Origin: an uncultured delta proteobacterium
GTDB lineage: Bacteria; Myxococcota; Myxococcia; Myxococcales; Myxococcaceae
Length of the DNA: 64,000 nt
Assembly (NCBI GenBank): GCA_963796055.1
Contig: CAWCKH010000002.1
Span: 176,787-240,786 of the forward strand
Reading direction: 5' to 3'
Shown here: piece by piece, positions 21,601 to 30,646 of the stretch
Position numbering within the stretch: position 1 is the first letter of the stretch
How the letters are laid out: each line of letters begins with the position of its first letter
The notes under the pieces: model-generated
Database searches by the model: none
Seen by the model: the letters and a program-made list of their open reading frames with translations, nothing else
Told to the model about the DNA's origin: nothing
Made by a program: the position numbers and the translations under genes

Positions 21601-23311
21601 CTCGGATCGGGAAGTCGTGACTACCTTTCTCGACCCCAATGCACCGTCCATTCGCATCACGAGCGTGCTCGGACTTGGACGCGTGACCGACGGCTCCGAG
21701 CTCAGCTGTCGCACGGGGCTCACCGGCAACTGCAGCGCGATATACAGCCCCGACCAGGTCGTGACGCTTACCGCCGAGCCCGACCCCGGCGAGTACTTCA
21801 TCAGCTGGGGACGCGACTGCAGCGCCGCCGGAAGCGCGCGCTCGACACAGTTCGCGATCGGCTCGAGTCGCGTGTGTTCGGCGGAGTTCAGCGGCGCTAC
21901 GGTTGGCTCGCCTAGAGTCACGATCACCGCAGTCGAGCCGCAGTTCCTGTTTGGTTCGGTCACGAGCACGCCGGTCGGAATCGTCTGTGGCTACGCCGGC
22001 GTTGATTGCAGCGGCACGTTCACGGTCGGCACGCGCGTACGGCTCGAAGCGGTGGCGGTTGCGCCGAACTTCGAGTTCGAGCGATTCCTCTGCAATCAGG
22101 CGGGCATCGGGAGCGCGCGAGTGATCGAGGTTCCGTTGCTCGAGGATCTCAACTGCGTCGCGCGCTTCAGCGCCGACGTGTCCCGACTCGAGGTGCTGCT
22201 GCGCTCGGATGATCCCTACACAGTCATCGGTCGCGTTTACAGCACGCCGGCAGGTTTGGATTGCAACGCCGACTGCGATCGGCCATTCACCCGTGGCCAG
22301 CTGGTGACGTTGCGCGCGGAGCCCGCGGTCGGTCGCTTGCTCACGAGTTGGGACGGATGTGACGGTGTGCGTCCCGACCCGCAGAACGGCGCGGGTCCGC
22401 CGGTGTGCGACGTGCTCCTCGACCGAGCGCGTTCGGTGGTGGCGTTCTTCAACCGTGTCATGACCAACCGCCACGCCCTCGTGGTCGAGTTCGAGGCCGG
22501 CAGCGCCGACGGAGCGGTGACCACGAATCGGTCACTGGGTTCGAACATCAGCTGCACGCCCGCGGGTGGCGTGTGCGACGCGCTCTATGTCAATGGCGAC
22601 GAAGCCGTGCTGTATGTCGTGCCGGCGGTGGGCAATACGCTTGCCGCGAGCTCGGGCTGCGATCAGCTTGTGCCGGCACAGCCTGCGCTGCCGGCGCAAT
22701 GCCATGTGCTGATGACCGCCTCTCGCGTCGTGCGCTTGCGCTTCTCGCAGTTCGACGCGCCGCCGGTGCCCAACTTCGTGTTCTCGCCTGGCGCGCCAAC
22801 TGTGAACCAGACGGTGAGCTTCGATGCGACCGGCAGCACGGACGACAACAACGGCATCGTGTCCTACAACTGGGATTTCGAGGACGATGGCGTCTTCGAC
22901 GCGAGCGGCGTGACGACGTCGTTCACCTACACGGCCGTGGGTAACTACACCGTGCGGCTGCGGGTGTCGGATACGCTCGGACGCACGGTCGATACGACCC
23001 GCGTCGTCGCACTCGGATCACCGGGCGGCGGCTCGACGCTCACCCTGACGATCCGCGGCAATGGCAATGGCGTCGTCGCGATCGCGCCCGAGCAGTCGGC
23101 TTGCTCGTACTCGGGCAACTTCGGCCCGACGACTTGCTCGTGGCTGTACCCGACCGGCACGGCGGTCACGTTGACGGCAACGGCGTACACCGGTTACGTC
23201 GTCGGTGACTGGGTCCACTGCGATGCGCTCAGCCCGGACGGGCGGCAGTGCTTCGTGAATCTCTCGGCGAACCGATCGGTCGAAGTGTTCATCCTGCGAC
23301 CTTCGCCATAG
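18674..23311 (+). CDS. Large surface lipoprotein: beta-propeller repeats, Cys-containing InlB-B/Ig-like repeats and a PKD domain
   Basis: Lipobox SAGC; WSKSYGG / DLWVVKLD repeats; VTSTPxGIxCG...VTLTAxP repeats; FDATGSTD...YNWDF...FTYTAVGNYTVRL. Confidence 0.85.
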   Translation: MIRASVASPVLMLLLLASAGCTSSGSNAGSGGAPTWSKSYGGEGDDQASAVIATADGNYLFVGTWNGEGAGTALSDENEVDGDLWVVKLDTLGNVIWQNAYGVRRTSGPIGATQTIAAVRESADGSIWLAGTRSANPSPRGDARADIVVMRLAADRRPLCTTVVDSGPYPGNSFYYPGDTADDTGYDIWPTSDGGAVVAGWTTAIARDGNTAYPIRAPYVFKVSGTCGVAWTRHVRDDEMRYVSEQPSQLLVREASDHGAVMALNTRVRPAGSGSASPELRLARFDAGGAVLWSQSFDEAVALRDLIQIDGDLDGADDDAFVLVGSSAGRGLIMRIDDDGNGGASEAWATRLDDASVLNAVIQKCHRQASGERICNYRTVGASSTGNGYAAFVYDDGGEAYSREFPELGPATDIRLRQDGPSALFIYFDIVGARHRGGWIATVNNILGDVSDPVLRNVRLIDYAPDRIEYTPSQSLLDISATTVSRLATDGSLEWSQTFDSTTERRVERAYFVEQTDDNGNGRLDSSDGYLVAGESTSDNADPSARGATWLIKLDANGGLAWQRLLEDFTSCGTRYQPAEAVAAVASRGYVVAGFDGQTLRLAALDPNGDVRATTTPLVGLVERQYFCDVRVSSLVRTLDEGFALAIDLPPGGVLLKLDANAQPVWRKRLKLRPSTVRELSDGALVVAGSVGALNDPEIQKFTSAGDLTWSRDYGFGISVFADNVRLSPLANGDLYVAVTQMDGSPGGTPADLASQGFWNTLLWKTDANGDVRWGRIYGAAQDEHVLAIATSPDEGAIVAGRSLSFGDRSEAWLLRVGPDGMVTEGCNALRAASAAVSAIPVSALVSNYTPQLRPEDMHTLALTSRTTQAPRFAPQSLVVARQCEGNARTDSGPPAVRRTFRLTVAQGNAATSGVVTSTPSGIVCGTAEEGGGFCSHDFVADSTVFLKVDPADLPRLRSWGGCDRITVGQCEVFMGSDREVVTTFLDPNAPSIRITSVLGLGRVTDGSELSCRTGLTGNCSAIYSPDQVVTLTAEPDPGEYFISWGRDCSAAGSARSTQFAIGSSRVCSAEFSGATVGSPRVTITAVEPQFLFGSVTSTPVGIVCGYAGVDCSGTFTVGTRVRLEAVAVAPNFEFERFLCNQAGIGSARVIEVPLLEDLNCVARFSADVSRLEVLLRSDDPYTVIGRVYSTPAGLDCNADCDRPFTRGQLVTLRAEPAVGRLLTSWDGCDGVRPDPQNGAGPPVCDVLLDRARSVVAFFNRVMTNRHALVVEFEAGSADGAVTTNRSLGSNISCTPAGGVCDALYVNGDEAVLYVVPAVGNTLAASSGCDQLVPAQPALPAQCHVLMTASRVVRLRFSQFDAPPVPNFVFSPGAPTVNQTVSFDATGSTDDNNGIVSYNWDFEDDGVFDASGVTTSFTYTAVGNYTVRLRVSDTLGRTVDTTRVVALGSPGGGSTLTLTIRGNGNGVVAIAPEQSACSYSGNFGPTTCSWLYPTGTAVTLTATAYTGYVVGDWVHCDALSPDGRQCFVNLSANRSVEVFILRPSP

Positions 23312-23328
23312 GCAATTGCGGCTTCTTA

Positions 23329-23359
23329 CACCCTCTCCCCCGTCCTCAGGGGGGAGGGT
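23329..23359. repeat. REP-like or terminator hairpin between convergent genes
   Basis: ACCCTCTCCC...GGGGGAGGGT inverted repeat. Confidence 0.45.
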
Positions 23360-23392
23360 AGCGAGAGAGCCGACGAGAGGCGCCTGGCGACG

Positions 23393-23568
23393 TGACCTGC
23401 CCCCCGAAAACTGGACCAGCCGAAGCGGGATTCCTCCAATGAGGGTCCGGAGGACGGGATGGGCAGGAAGTCGCAGTTCACGCAGGAGCAGATCATCCGA
23501 GCGCTCCAGGAGGTCGACGCCGGAGCGAAGCCGGAAGAGGTGTGCCGTCGCGGTGTCTCCGACACGAC
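23393..23568 (+). mobile_element. IS3-family (IS407-like) left end with truncated orfA
   Basis: TGACCTGCCCCCCGAAAACTGGACCA end; MGRKSQFTQEQIIRALQEVDAGAKPEEVCRR. Confidence 0.8.
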
Positions 23569-23721
23569 GCCGGCAATCTCCAGGAGCATCGGATACTGAT
23601 CGAAGCGCCGGGTGATCGCCTCGTCGCCACCTTCGCTGCTCGAGCACCCGCCAGCGGCAGCGAGAAGCGAAAAGCCAACGACGGTGGTTCGGGCCCAGGC
23701 TGGAGCGCTCGCGTCCTTCAT
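23569..23721 (-). pseudogene. Lipoprotein truncated at the IS remnant
   Basis: Signal with AGGC lipobox, then runs into IS sequence. Confidence 0.5.
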
Positions 23722-24074
23722 GGTCGACCTCCGTGTTCCGTTTCGATTGCCCGGGTCCGCCGCAGGTGTCGTCGCGCCCACTCGCCTCCACCCGGGTCGG
23801 CTCGAGGGGTCGTCAGGATCGGCGCGCTCGGACCGCGGCACCTCGGCGAGGGTCTGTCAGCCGCGACCACCGGTCGCACCGGCACGAAAACGACCACCAC
23901 CACGTCGCCCGTCGGGAGCACAGCGGTCGGCGGCGGCGCACCCGGTGCTGGCGATGAGGCCAGCCACCCGACGACGAGAGCGCCCGACCCAGCGAGGACG
24001 CCGAATGCCGCTGGCAACATCCACCGCTGCACGAGCCCCGCGGCCCGTGGCCCGATTTCCGCGAAGGTGCTCAT
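23718..24074 (-). CDS. Hypothetical membrane-anchored protein
   Basis: TM segment; operon-like spacing with its neighbours. Confidence 0.35.
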   Translation of the reverse strand: MSTFAEIGPRAAGLVQRWMLPAAFGVLAGSGALVVGWLASSPAPGAPPPTAVLPTGDVVVVVFVPVRPVVAADRPSPRCRGPSAPILTTPRADPGGGEWARRHLRRTRAIETEHGGRP

Positions 24075-24091
24075 GGGCGAAGCGGCCCCTT

Positions 24092-24820
24092 CTAGAAGCC
24101 GGTGCAGGCGAGGGAATAGGACGGCGGGCCGTTCAGGACGACGATCGGGTTGTCGGGGCCCTGCCACGCCGCTGCCGTCACCGTGCAGGTCGTCGTCGGG
24201 TGCGCGTCACCGACGGTGGCGCTCACGGCGACCGTCGTGCCAATCGTCGTGGGGATCTGGACGGACGGCGATTGCATGGGGGCCACGTTCGACAACGTCT
24301 GCCCGTTCACGACGAAGCTGGCCGTCAGCCCGGAGCCGTTGTAGATGTTGATCGCGTTGGTCTCCGCTGAGGTGTGCTCGAACCTCGCGGTGACCTGGAA
24401 CCCGACGTCGGGGCCTGCACTGAAATCGAGGATGCAGACTGGCCCGGACACCTGGCTGCAACCTGTCCAGCCGCTGAAGACGCTGCCAGGATCGGCTTGG
24501 GCAACAAGGCGGAACGACCCTCCGCCGCCGGCGTCGGAGAAGGTGTGGCTGCAGGCCAAGGGGTACGAGGGGTTGGGGACGTGGCCCCCCGAGCTGGAGG
24601 GGAGGACGCAGTTGATGCGAACGGTGCTGATGTCCTCGGCCACCACGGTTCCGCTTCCCGCTCCAAGGCCCTGGACCGTGACCGTGACCTGCTGGAACGC
24701 CGGGTCGCATTCGTCAAACTCGGGGTCGCAAAAGGGGTCGTCGCCTGAGCAACCGAGCGCGAGGAACGTCGAGAAAAACGCCAGGTTGAGCACGGATCGG
24801 ACCGCAGGAGATGTGGACAT
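24092..24820 (-). CDS. Lipoprotein with an InlB-B/Ig-like repeat domain
   Basis: ALGC lipobox; VTVTVQGLGAGSGTV...ADPGSVFSGWTGC. Confidence 0.75.
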   Translation of the reverse strand: MSTSPAVRSVLNLAFFSTFLALGCSGDDPFCDPEFDECDPAFQQVTVTVQGLGAGSGTVVAEDISTVRINCVLPSSSGGHVPNPSYPLACSHTFSDAGGGGSFRLVAQADPGSVFSGWTGCSQVSGPVCILDFSAGPDVGFQVTARFEHTSAETNAINIYNGSGLTASFVVNGQTLSNVAPMQSPSVQIPTTIGTTVAVSATVGDAHPTTTCTVTAAAWQGPDNPIVVLNGPPSYSLACTGF

Positions 24821-24975
24821 GGGAGTCCTCGCAGAGGGGTGAGAGGCGTTGGGGTGAGCGGCGGTGCTCACCGACGAAGCGTGTCGCCCCCGGCCGGAGT
24901 CAGTCCTCAGGGCTCACTTGCGATTCTCTAATCTTTTCCTCACCATCGAGCTTTCAAGCACTTGGGTGCGTCGGT

Positions 24976-27294
24976 ATGGACGTCAGGGCCTCGCGAGCAC
25001 GGCTTTGGATCGGCGACTGGCTGGTCGATCCGTCCCTGGACGAGCTCCATCGCGGCGAGACGCGGGTCAAGCTCGAGCCGCGGAAAATGCAGCTGCTGAT
25101 GGCGCTGGCCCGGAGGCCGAACGAGCTGGTGACCACGGAGGAGCTGCTCGACACAGTTTGGGCCGGGGTCGTCGTCTCGCAGAGTTCCGTGTACCAGAGC
25201 ATCGCTGAGCTCCGGAAGACGCTGGGGGATCACGCGGAAGCGCCCACCTTCATTGCCACCGTGCCTCGAAAGGGCTACCGGCTGGTTGCGGCGGTGAGCG
25301 CTCCCACCGCTGCGGACCTGCACCCCTCCCACGCCGTCGCGAGCGCTCCGGCTCCTCCCCCCGAACCGCCGCCCGGTTCGAATTCCGACGCCCCACCGGT
25401 CCAGACCGTCGCGGTGGATCGCCGCTGGGTCATCGGCGTGGGGGCAGCGGCGGTCACGGTGGCGGCGGGCGGAGCGCTCCGATGGTGGTGGCGGGCACGG
25501 CCTCACCCCAACCCTTCAAAGCTGGCCATCGCGGTCCTCCCCTTCGAGGACATCTCTCCGGGCGGTGTCGAGCAACCCATCGCCGACGGCCTGGCGGGCG
25601 AGGTGATCGCCGTGCTCACGCGCCACGAGCAGGTCCGCGTGTCTGCGCCCACCTCGGCGTTCCAGTTCCGCCACACGGCGCTGCCCCTCGCGGAGATCGG
25701 GCGGCAACTCGGGGTCACCCACGTCCTCGATGGGGAGGTCTTCCGGACGAAGGAGCGAGTGAGGCTCACCGTCCGGCTCCGGGCCGTGGCCGACGATGAG
25801 GTGGTGTGGCACGACGCGCTCCAGGAGCCGCTCGACGCGATGAGCGGTCTTCCGCTCAGGGTGGCGCAGGGCGCACTCGAGGCGCTCCATGCCCCGGCCA
25901 TGGGTGCATTGCCTCCGGCGCCTTCCGCGCGGGCGTTCGAGCTGTACCTGAGCGGGCGCCATTTCATGCAGGCGCGCACGCAGGAATCGATCCGCAAGGC
26001 CCGGGATTACTTCCAGCGCGCCGTCGACACCGACCCGAGCTTTGCCCTGGGCTACACCGCGCTCGCCCACAGCTGGATCGCCGAGTACCAGTACGGCTCG
26101 GGGCTCACCGTCAGGGACATGGACGCGCGCGCCCAGCCGCTGCTCGACCGAGCGTTCACACTGCAGCCAGAGCTCCCGGAAGCGCTCGCGACGCAGGGGC
26201 ACCTGAAGACCAACCTCAACCGTCCCGACGAGGCCCGACCGTTCCTCAAGGCCGCCGTCGCCGCACAGCCGCAGAGCGCCACCGCCCACCTCTGGCTTGG
26301 GATCAACGAGGCCACCGACGGGTTTCCGAGAGAAGCGCTGGAGAGTTACCGGCGCGCGGCGGAGCTCAACCCGCTTCAGTTCATCGTGCACGCGCGCTCC
26401 GGGCTGGAGTCGATGAATGCCGGCCTGTACGAGGAGGCAACCCGGCACTACACCCGAGCCGTCGAGCTGGCACCGCACCATCCGAACACCCACTGGGGGT
26501 TCGGGCTGATCGGCTGGGCGCGCGGCCGGCTCGATGACGCGGTCCGGGGTTACTTACGGGCGCTGCAGGCCGAATCCCGCCGTGAGGATCTCTGGACACA
26601 GCTCGGCTGGATCTACCTCGACCTCGGGATGCCACAGGAGGCTCGGGCGGCATTCGCCCAGGCCATCGCGCTCGCCGGGTCCGTGGCCCAACCCCAGGCC
26701 GCGCTCGGGCGGGCCTTCGTCGTCGAGGAGGATCTGCCGGGGCTGGCGCGCTACCTCGACGATCTCAAGTTCCCGCCGACCGGCACCCGCGACGTGGAGA
26801 TCGACACCGCTGTCATCTTCGCCGTCCTCGGCCGAACCCACGCCGCCCGGAGGGCGCTCACCTCGGCGGTCGGGCCGATGCTCGCGGACCCGATCCCGCT
26901 CTACGGTTGGTGGCAGACCTGCTTCGGCCAGCACATCTTCATCGACGTGGCGACGGTCTACACCTGGCTCGGCGAGCCGGACCGGGCGAGGCCGTTCCTG
27001 GAGCAGGCAGAGGCCTACGTCGACCGGTACGAGCGCCAGGGCAACGTCTGGCACGCGATCGGCTACCACAAAGGGCGCATCGCCGCGCTGCGTGGCGACC
27101 AGGCCACGGCGCTGGCACAGCTCGAGAAGGCCGTGGACATGGGCTGGCGACGGGGCTGGTGGCTGAAGGTCGACCCGGCCCTGGCCGGACTGCGGTCCTC
27201 CCCCCGCTTTCAGAGGGTGCTCGAGCGCATCGGCACCGAGACCCGCGCGCAGCGCGAGCACCTCGCCGCCGACCCAGGCGCTCGCGTCCCCTGA
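24976..27294 (+). CDS. OmpR/CadC-type wHTH, TM, TolB-like and TPR transcriptional regulator
   Basis: LEPRKMQLL...ELLDTVW...IATVPRKGYRL; IAVLPF; TPR helices. Confidence 0.9.
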   Translation: MDVRASRARLWIGDWLVDPSLDELHRGETRVKLEPRKMQLLMALARRPNELVTTEELLDTVWAGVVVSQSSVYQSIAELRKTLGDHAEAPTFIATVPRKGYRLVAAVSAPTAADLHPSHAVASAPAPPPEPPPGSNSDAPPVQTVAVDRRWVIGVGAAAVTVAAGGALRWWWRARPHPNPSKLAIAVLPFEDISPGGVEQPIADGLAGEVIAVLTRHEQVRVSAPTSAFQFRHTALPLAEIGRQLGVTHVLDGEVFRTKERVRLTVRLRAVADDEVVWHDALQEPLDAMSGLPLRVAQGALEALHAPAMGALPPAPSARAFELYLSGRHFMQARTQESIRKARDYFQRAVDTDPSFALGYTALAHSWIAEYQYGSGLTVRDMDARAQPLLDRAFTLQPELPEALATQGHLKTNLNRPDEARPFLKAAVAAQPQSATAHLWLGINEATDGFPREALESYRRAAELNPLQFIVHARSGLESMNAGLYEEATRHYTRAVELAPHHPNTHWGFGLIGWARGRLDDAVRGYLRALQAESRREDLWTQLGWIYLDLGMPQEARAAFAQAIALAGSVAQPQAALGRAFVVEEDLPGLARYLDDLKFPPTGTRDVEIDTAVIFAVLGRTHAARRALTSAVGPMLADPIPLYGWWQTCFGQHIFIDVATVYTWLGEPDRARPFLEQAEAYVDRYERQGNVWHAIGYHKGRIAALRGDQATALAQLEKAVDMGWRRGWWLKVDPALAGLRSSPRFQRVLERIGTETRAQREHLAADPGARVP

Positions 27295-27535
27295 GTGGAC
27301 CAGGGCATCGGGTTCCGGTGTGCGGAGCATGGAGGTCCGGAGTACGTCCGAGGTCGACTTCGTCGTTCCTGAGGGCAGCCAGGGCCCTCGTTTTCTGCGG
27401 AGGACCCCTCATCTGGCCTCGACGGCCGCCGGTGAGCGCTTCCGCCGCACGGCGGGTGGGTTGCGGTACGAATCGCCCTCGATGACCAGGACGTGAGCGT
27501 GGTGGAGCAGTCGGTCCATGGCGGCGCTGGAGAGC
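27292..27535 (-). mobile_element. istB: IS21-family remnant: istB 3' end and probable right end
   Basis: SAAMDRLLHHAHVLVIEGDSYR; minus-strand sequence ends ...GGTCCACTCA. Confidence 0.7.
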
Positions 27536-27601
27536 AGAAGGTGTGGCGTCAGCTCCGTCGAGAGGGCGAGGTCGTCGCCCGATGCACTGTCGAGCGGCTG
27601 A
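27536..27601 (+). mobile_element. IS3-family (IS51-like) orfB fragment
   Basis: KVWRQLRREGEVVARCTVERL. Confidence 0.7.
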
Positions 27602-27643
27602 TGAGCTTCCCCTGGTTTCGTGGACACCTGAGGAGAGGTGTAC

Positions 27644-27949
27644 ATGTCCACGATGGCGAGGCGAGCACGGCGGAAGTTCACCCCGGAGTTCAAGGCTGAG
27701 ACCGTCAAGTTGGTGCGGGAGAGCGGAAAGACGGTCGGCCAGGTCGCCCAGGAGCTGGATTTGACCGAGACGGCGCTCCGGTACTGGGTGCGGCAAGCCG
27801 AAATCGACGAGGGGAAAGGCCCGGAGGGGGCGATGACGACCGCGGAGAAGGAGGAACTCACCCGGCTCCGCCGAGAGAACCGCACGCTGCGGATGGAGCG
27901 TGACCTGCTAAAAAAATGGGCTGCCTTCTTCGCCAAGGAGAGCAAGTGA
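27644..27949 (+). CDS. IS3 transposase OrfA
   Basis: RRKFTPEFKAETVKLV HTH; A7 slippery site at 27910-27916. Confidence 0.9.
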   Translation: MSTMARRARRKFTPEFKAETVKLVRESGKTVGQVAQELDLTETALRYWVRQAEIDEGKGPEGAMTTAEKEELTRLRRENRTLRMERDLLKKWAAFFAKESK

Positions 27950-28827
27950 AGTTTGCTCGGGTGGAGGCGGAGAAGGCGCAAGAGCCGAGTGCGTCCGTGG
28001 CCAGCATGTGCAGGCTCCTGGGCGTTTCACGGGCTGGCTACTACGCCTGGCGTCGACGAGCAGAGTCACCGCGTACGCGGAGCAACCGCGAGCTGACGGT
28101 GCACATCGCCGCCATCCAAGAGGAAAGCCGAAGGACGTACGGCAGCCCCCGTGTCCACGCCGAGCTCCGTTTCCGAGGCCGCGCCGTCGGCCTTCACCGC
28201 GTCGAGCGGCTCATGCGTGCGGCAGGCATCCGTGCTCGGCGAAAGCGCCGCTTCGTGCGGACGACCACGCCGGATGCTTCGCTGCCAGTTGCCCCGAACG
28301 TCCTGGACCGGGACTTCCAGGCACACTTGCCGAACCGCGTCTGGAGCACCGACATCACCTACGTACCAACGCGCGAGGGCTGGCTCTACCTGGCCGTCGT
28401 CGAGGATCTCTTCAGCCGGCGAATCGTCGGCTGGGCCACCGCGACGTCGCTCGAGCGCACGCTGCCGCTCGAGGCACTGGGGATGGCGTTGGCGCTCCGC
28501 GTCCCTGCCGCGGGCCTGCTCCACCACTCCGACCGGGGCAGCCAGTACGCCAGCTTCGACTACCAGAAGGTGCTTGAGCTGCACGGCCTCCGCTGCAGCA
28601 TGAGCAGGCGCGGCAACTGCCTGGACAACGCTTCGGTCGAGAGCTTCTTCGGGACGCTGAAGAACGAGCACGTGCACCAGTGCGACTTCGAATCGGTCGC
28701 CGCCGCACGGGCCGGAATCATCGACTACATCGAGAACTTCTACAATTCACGCCGGCGCCACTCGGCGCTCGGCTACCGGACGCCCATGGAGTACGAAGCG
28801 GAGACCCGACGCGCTGCGGCGGCTTAA
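27916..28827 (+). CDS. IS3 transposase OrfB (-1 frameshift fusion)
   Basis: WSTDITY, HSDRGSQY and ESFFGTLKNE form the DDE triad. Confidence 0.92.
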   Translation: MGCLLRQGEQVKFARVEAEKAQEPSASVASMCRLLGVSRAGYYAWRRRAESPRTRSNRELTVHIAAIQEESRRTYGSPRVHAELRFRGRAVGLHRVERLMRAAGIRARRKRRFVRTTTPDASLPVAPNVLDRDFQAHLPNRVWSTDITYVPTREGWLYLAVVEDLFSRRIVGWATATSLERTLPLEALGMALALRVPAAGLLHHSDRGSQYASFDYQKVLELHGLRCSMSRRGNCLDNASVESFFGTLKNEHVHQCDFESVAAARAGIIDYIENFYNSRRRHSALGYRTPMEYEAETRRAAAA

Positions 28828-29009
28828 CCCAACCGTCCACCGAATCGGGGGAAGCTCAGACTTCCTTGCCCGAAGAGAGCCCGAACGCTCCGGAGATTGA
28901 ACGGTGGCTCGTGGACGCGAGGCTCCGCTGGCTCGAAGGACGGAGCCGCCCGCGGTAGACGAGACCTGGCTCTGCCTACCGGGGGTCCAGCGGTTGCCTC
29001 CGCCCCCGC

Positions 29010-29224
29010 CACCCGCCGCCCCATCCCCTGGGCCGAGCTCCTCCGGCGGACGTTCCAGACGGACGTCCTCACCTGCCCGCGCTGCGGAGGCACACGGCGC
29101 GTCGTGGCCGTCGTCCTCCGTTCCACCACCGCCCAGGCCATCCTCGAGCACCTCAGGCTTCCCTCCAGGCCTCTCCCGCTCGCCCCGGCCACCTCTCTCC
29201 CCGCCCCAGCTCGGCTTCTGGTAA
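29010..29224 (+). pseudogene. IS91-like (Y2/HUH) transposase C-terminal remnant
   Basis: WAELLRRTFQTDVLTCPRCGGTRRVVAVV...ILEHLRLP...PQL. Confidence 0.75.
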
Positions 29225-29791
29225 GCGCGACGGGTCGTGGTCCGCTATCGGTCGGTTCAAGGTCATCAGGGTGCTCGATGACCGCTCGCCGCTGGAGGAC
29301 GCGACCCGAGACCCGCATCTGGTCGGCACCTACGCGACCCTGCCACTCGTCCAGGGCGTGGCTGCGTACGTGGTCAGCAACGAGAGCGGCGCGCCGAAAA
29401 AGAACCGGCCCTGAGAAGTCCCTATTGCCGGTCCATGCGGTAGTAGACGGGCAGCGGTCCACCGTCGAGGGTCTGCTGCTGCTCGACCATATCGATGTGG
29501 TTGAGCGATGGGGACGCGGTAACGGTCATCGTGTAGCGCGTCTCAAACCCCCCATCAGGGAGGAGGGGACCACGCGCAAAGGCCCCCCCTAGCGCTGGCC
29601 CAGCGACGGTTCCAATGGTGCCAAGGTCATTGGCGTCCATCCCGTATGAGACCTGCAGCACGCCTATTACCCGCCCGCCCGGCGCATTCTCGAGTTCCAA
29701 CCTCGCAAAGCTCCCTTGGCCGTTAGGCTGGACACGACACGGCCCCCCCCAACAATCTAGGCACACTACCGGCTCCGCGGCGGGGCCGCGA

Positions 29792-30268
29792 TCACGGGGT
29801 GCAGATTTGTCCGAAGTACTCGCCCTGGACGTGGAACTCGGCGTCGAGGCTGCCGACGAGCTGGAGGTACCCGCTTGCGCCAGCCCAGCGATCCACGCCG
29901 CCGGTGATGATGAGCAGCGCGGCCTGCCGACCGGTGACGTTCGGCGCCGGCAGCTGGATGGTGCCGTAGTCACGCGCCGTGACTGTTCCGCCAAGCTTGG
30001 GCGAGACGACGCTCTCGCCCGTGTAGAACGTGACCTGCGGGTCACCGCTCGGCACGAACCCGGTGGCAGTGAAGCGGTACGTCCCCTGGATGCCGCCGAT
30101 GAGCTCGCCGGCGGTGCAGAGGCCCACAACCGAGGCGCAGTCGTTGGCCGGTACCGGCGTCGACGTGTAGAAGCCGTGCACCGGCTTGCACTCGCCGGCG
30201 CGGGCGGATGTTGAAACGGCGCCGAGGGCGAGCACGAGCGCGGCGCGGGCCAGAAGGGTCATTCTCAT
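29792..30268 (-). CDS. Secreted beta-barrel protein (dirigent/allene-oxide-cyclase-like fold possible)
   Basis: RBS GGAGG; signal peptide ending ARA; ITGGVDRWAGASG motif. Confidence 0.65.
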   Translation of the reverse strand: MRMTLLARAALVLALGAVSTSARAGECKPVHGFYTSTPVPANDCASVVGLCTAGELIGGIQGTYRFTATGFVPSGDPQVTFYTGESVVSPKLGGTVTARDYGTIQLPAPNVTGRQAALLIITGGVDRWAGASGYLQLVGSLDAEFHVQGEYFGQICTP

Positions 30269-30646
30269 TGTGGACCTCCGGTGGGTCCGGGAACGGTACC
30301 ACCGCGCGCCTGGGCAGCCCTCGGACGATGAAGCGCCGGTTCGATGGCAGCGGTCACGCCTGCGCGACGCCCGGTGTGCACATTCCCAGGGCAATGGCCA
30401 TCGGGTTTCTCCTGGGCCGCCATCATCCGGGCACCCCTCGCCTCTCGCGCTCGCCGCACCCCCCGCCCTTCTCTGCGCGCGGTGGATTGCCGAGTTCGAG
30501 CGGCGCACCGCTCGGCGCATCGTCCCTGTAAACCCTGGGTGACCCGCGCTGGTCCCCCTGGCCCGAGAATCCGAAGCGCGCCCCCGCTTCGGCCGCGCCG
30601 AAGAAGCGCGGCAAGCGTTAGGCGCGCCAAGCGTAGGGAGCATTGT

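Larger units (their letters stand above)
27602..28858 (+). mobile_element. Complete IS3-family element (1257 bp)
   Basis: IRL TGAGCTTCCCCTGGTTTCGTGGAC and IRR (rc) TGAGCTTCCCCCGATTCGGTGGAC; no target duplication visible. Confidence 0.92.

Noticed and set aside
20174..22474. 766-aa antisense ORF and similar long shadows (39372-41051, 44896-46359, 49806-51008)
   Set aside because: High-GC shadow or alternative frames overlapping well-supported genes.
30560..30625. Integron attC before the methyltransferase (GCGTTAGGC)
   Set aside because: No matching RYYYAAC or full bottom-strand hairpin; the integrases are not IntI-like.
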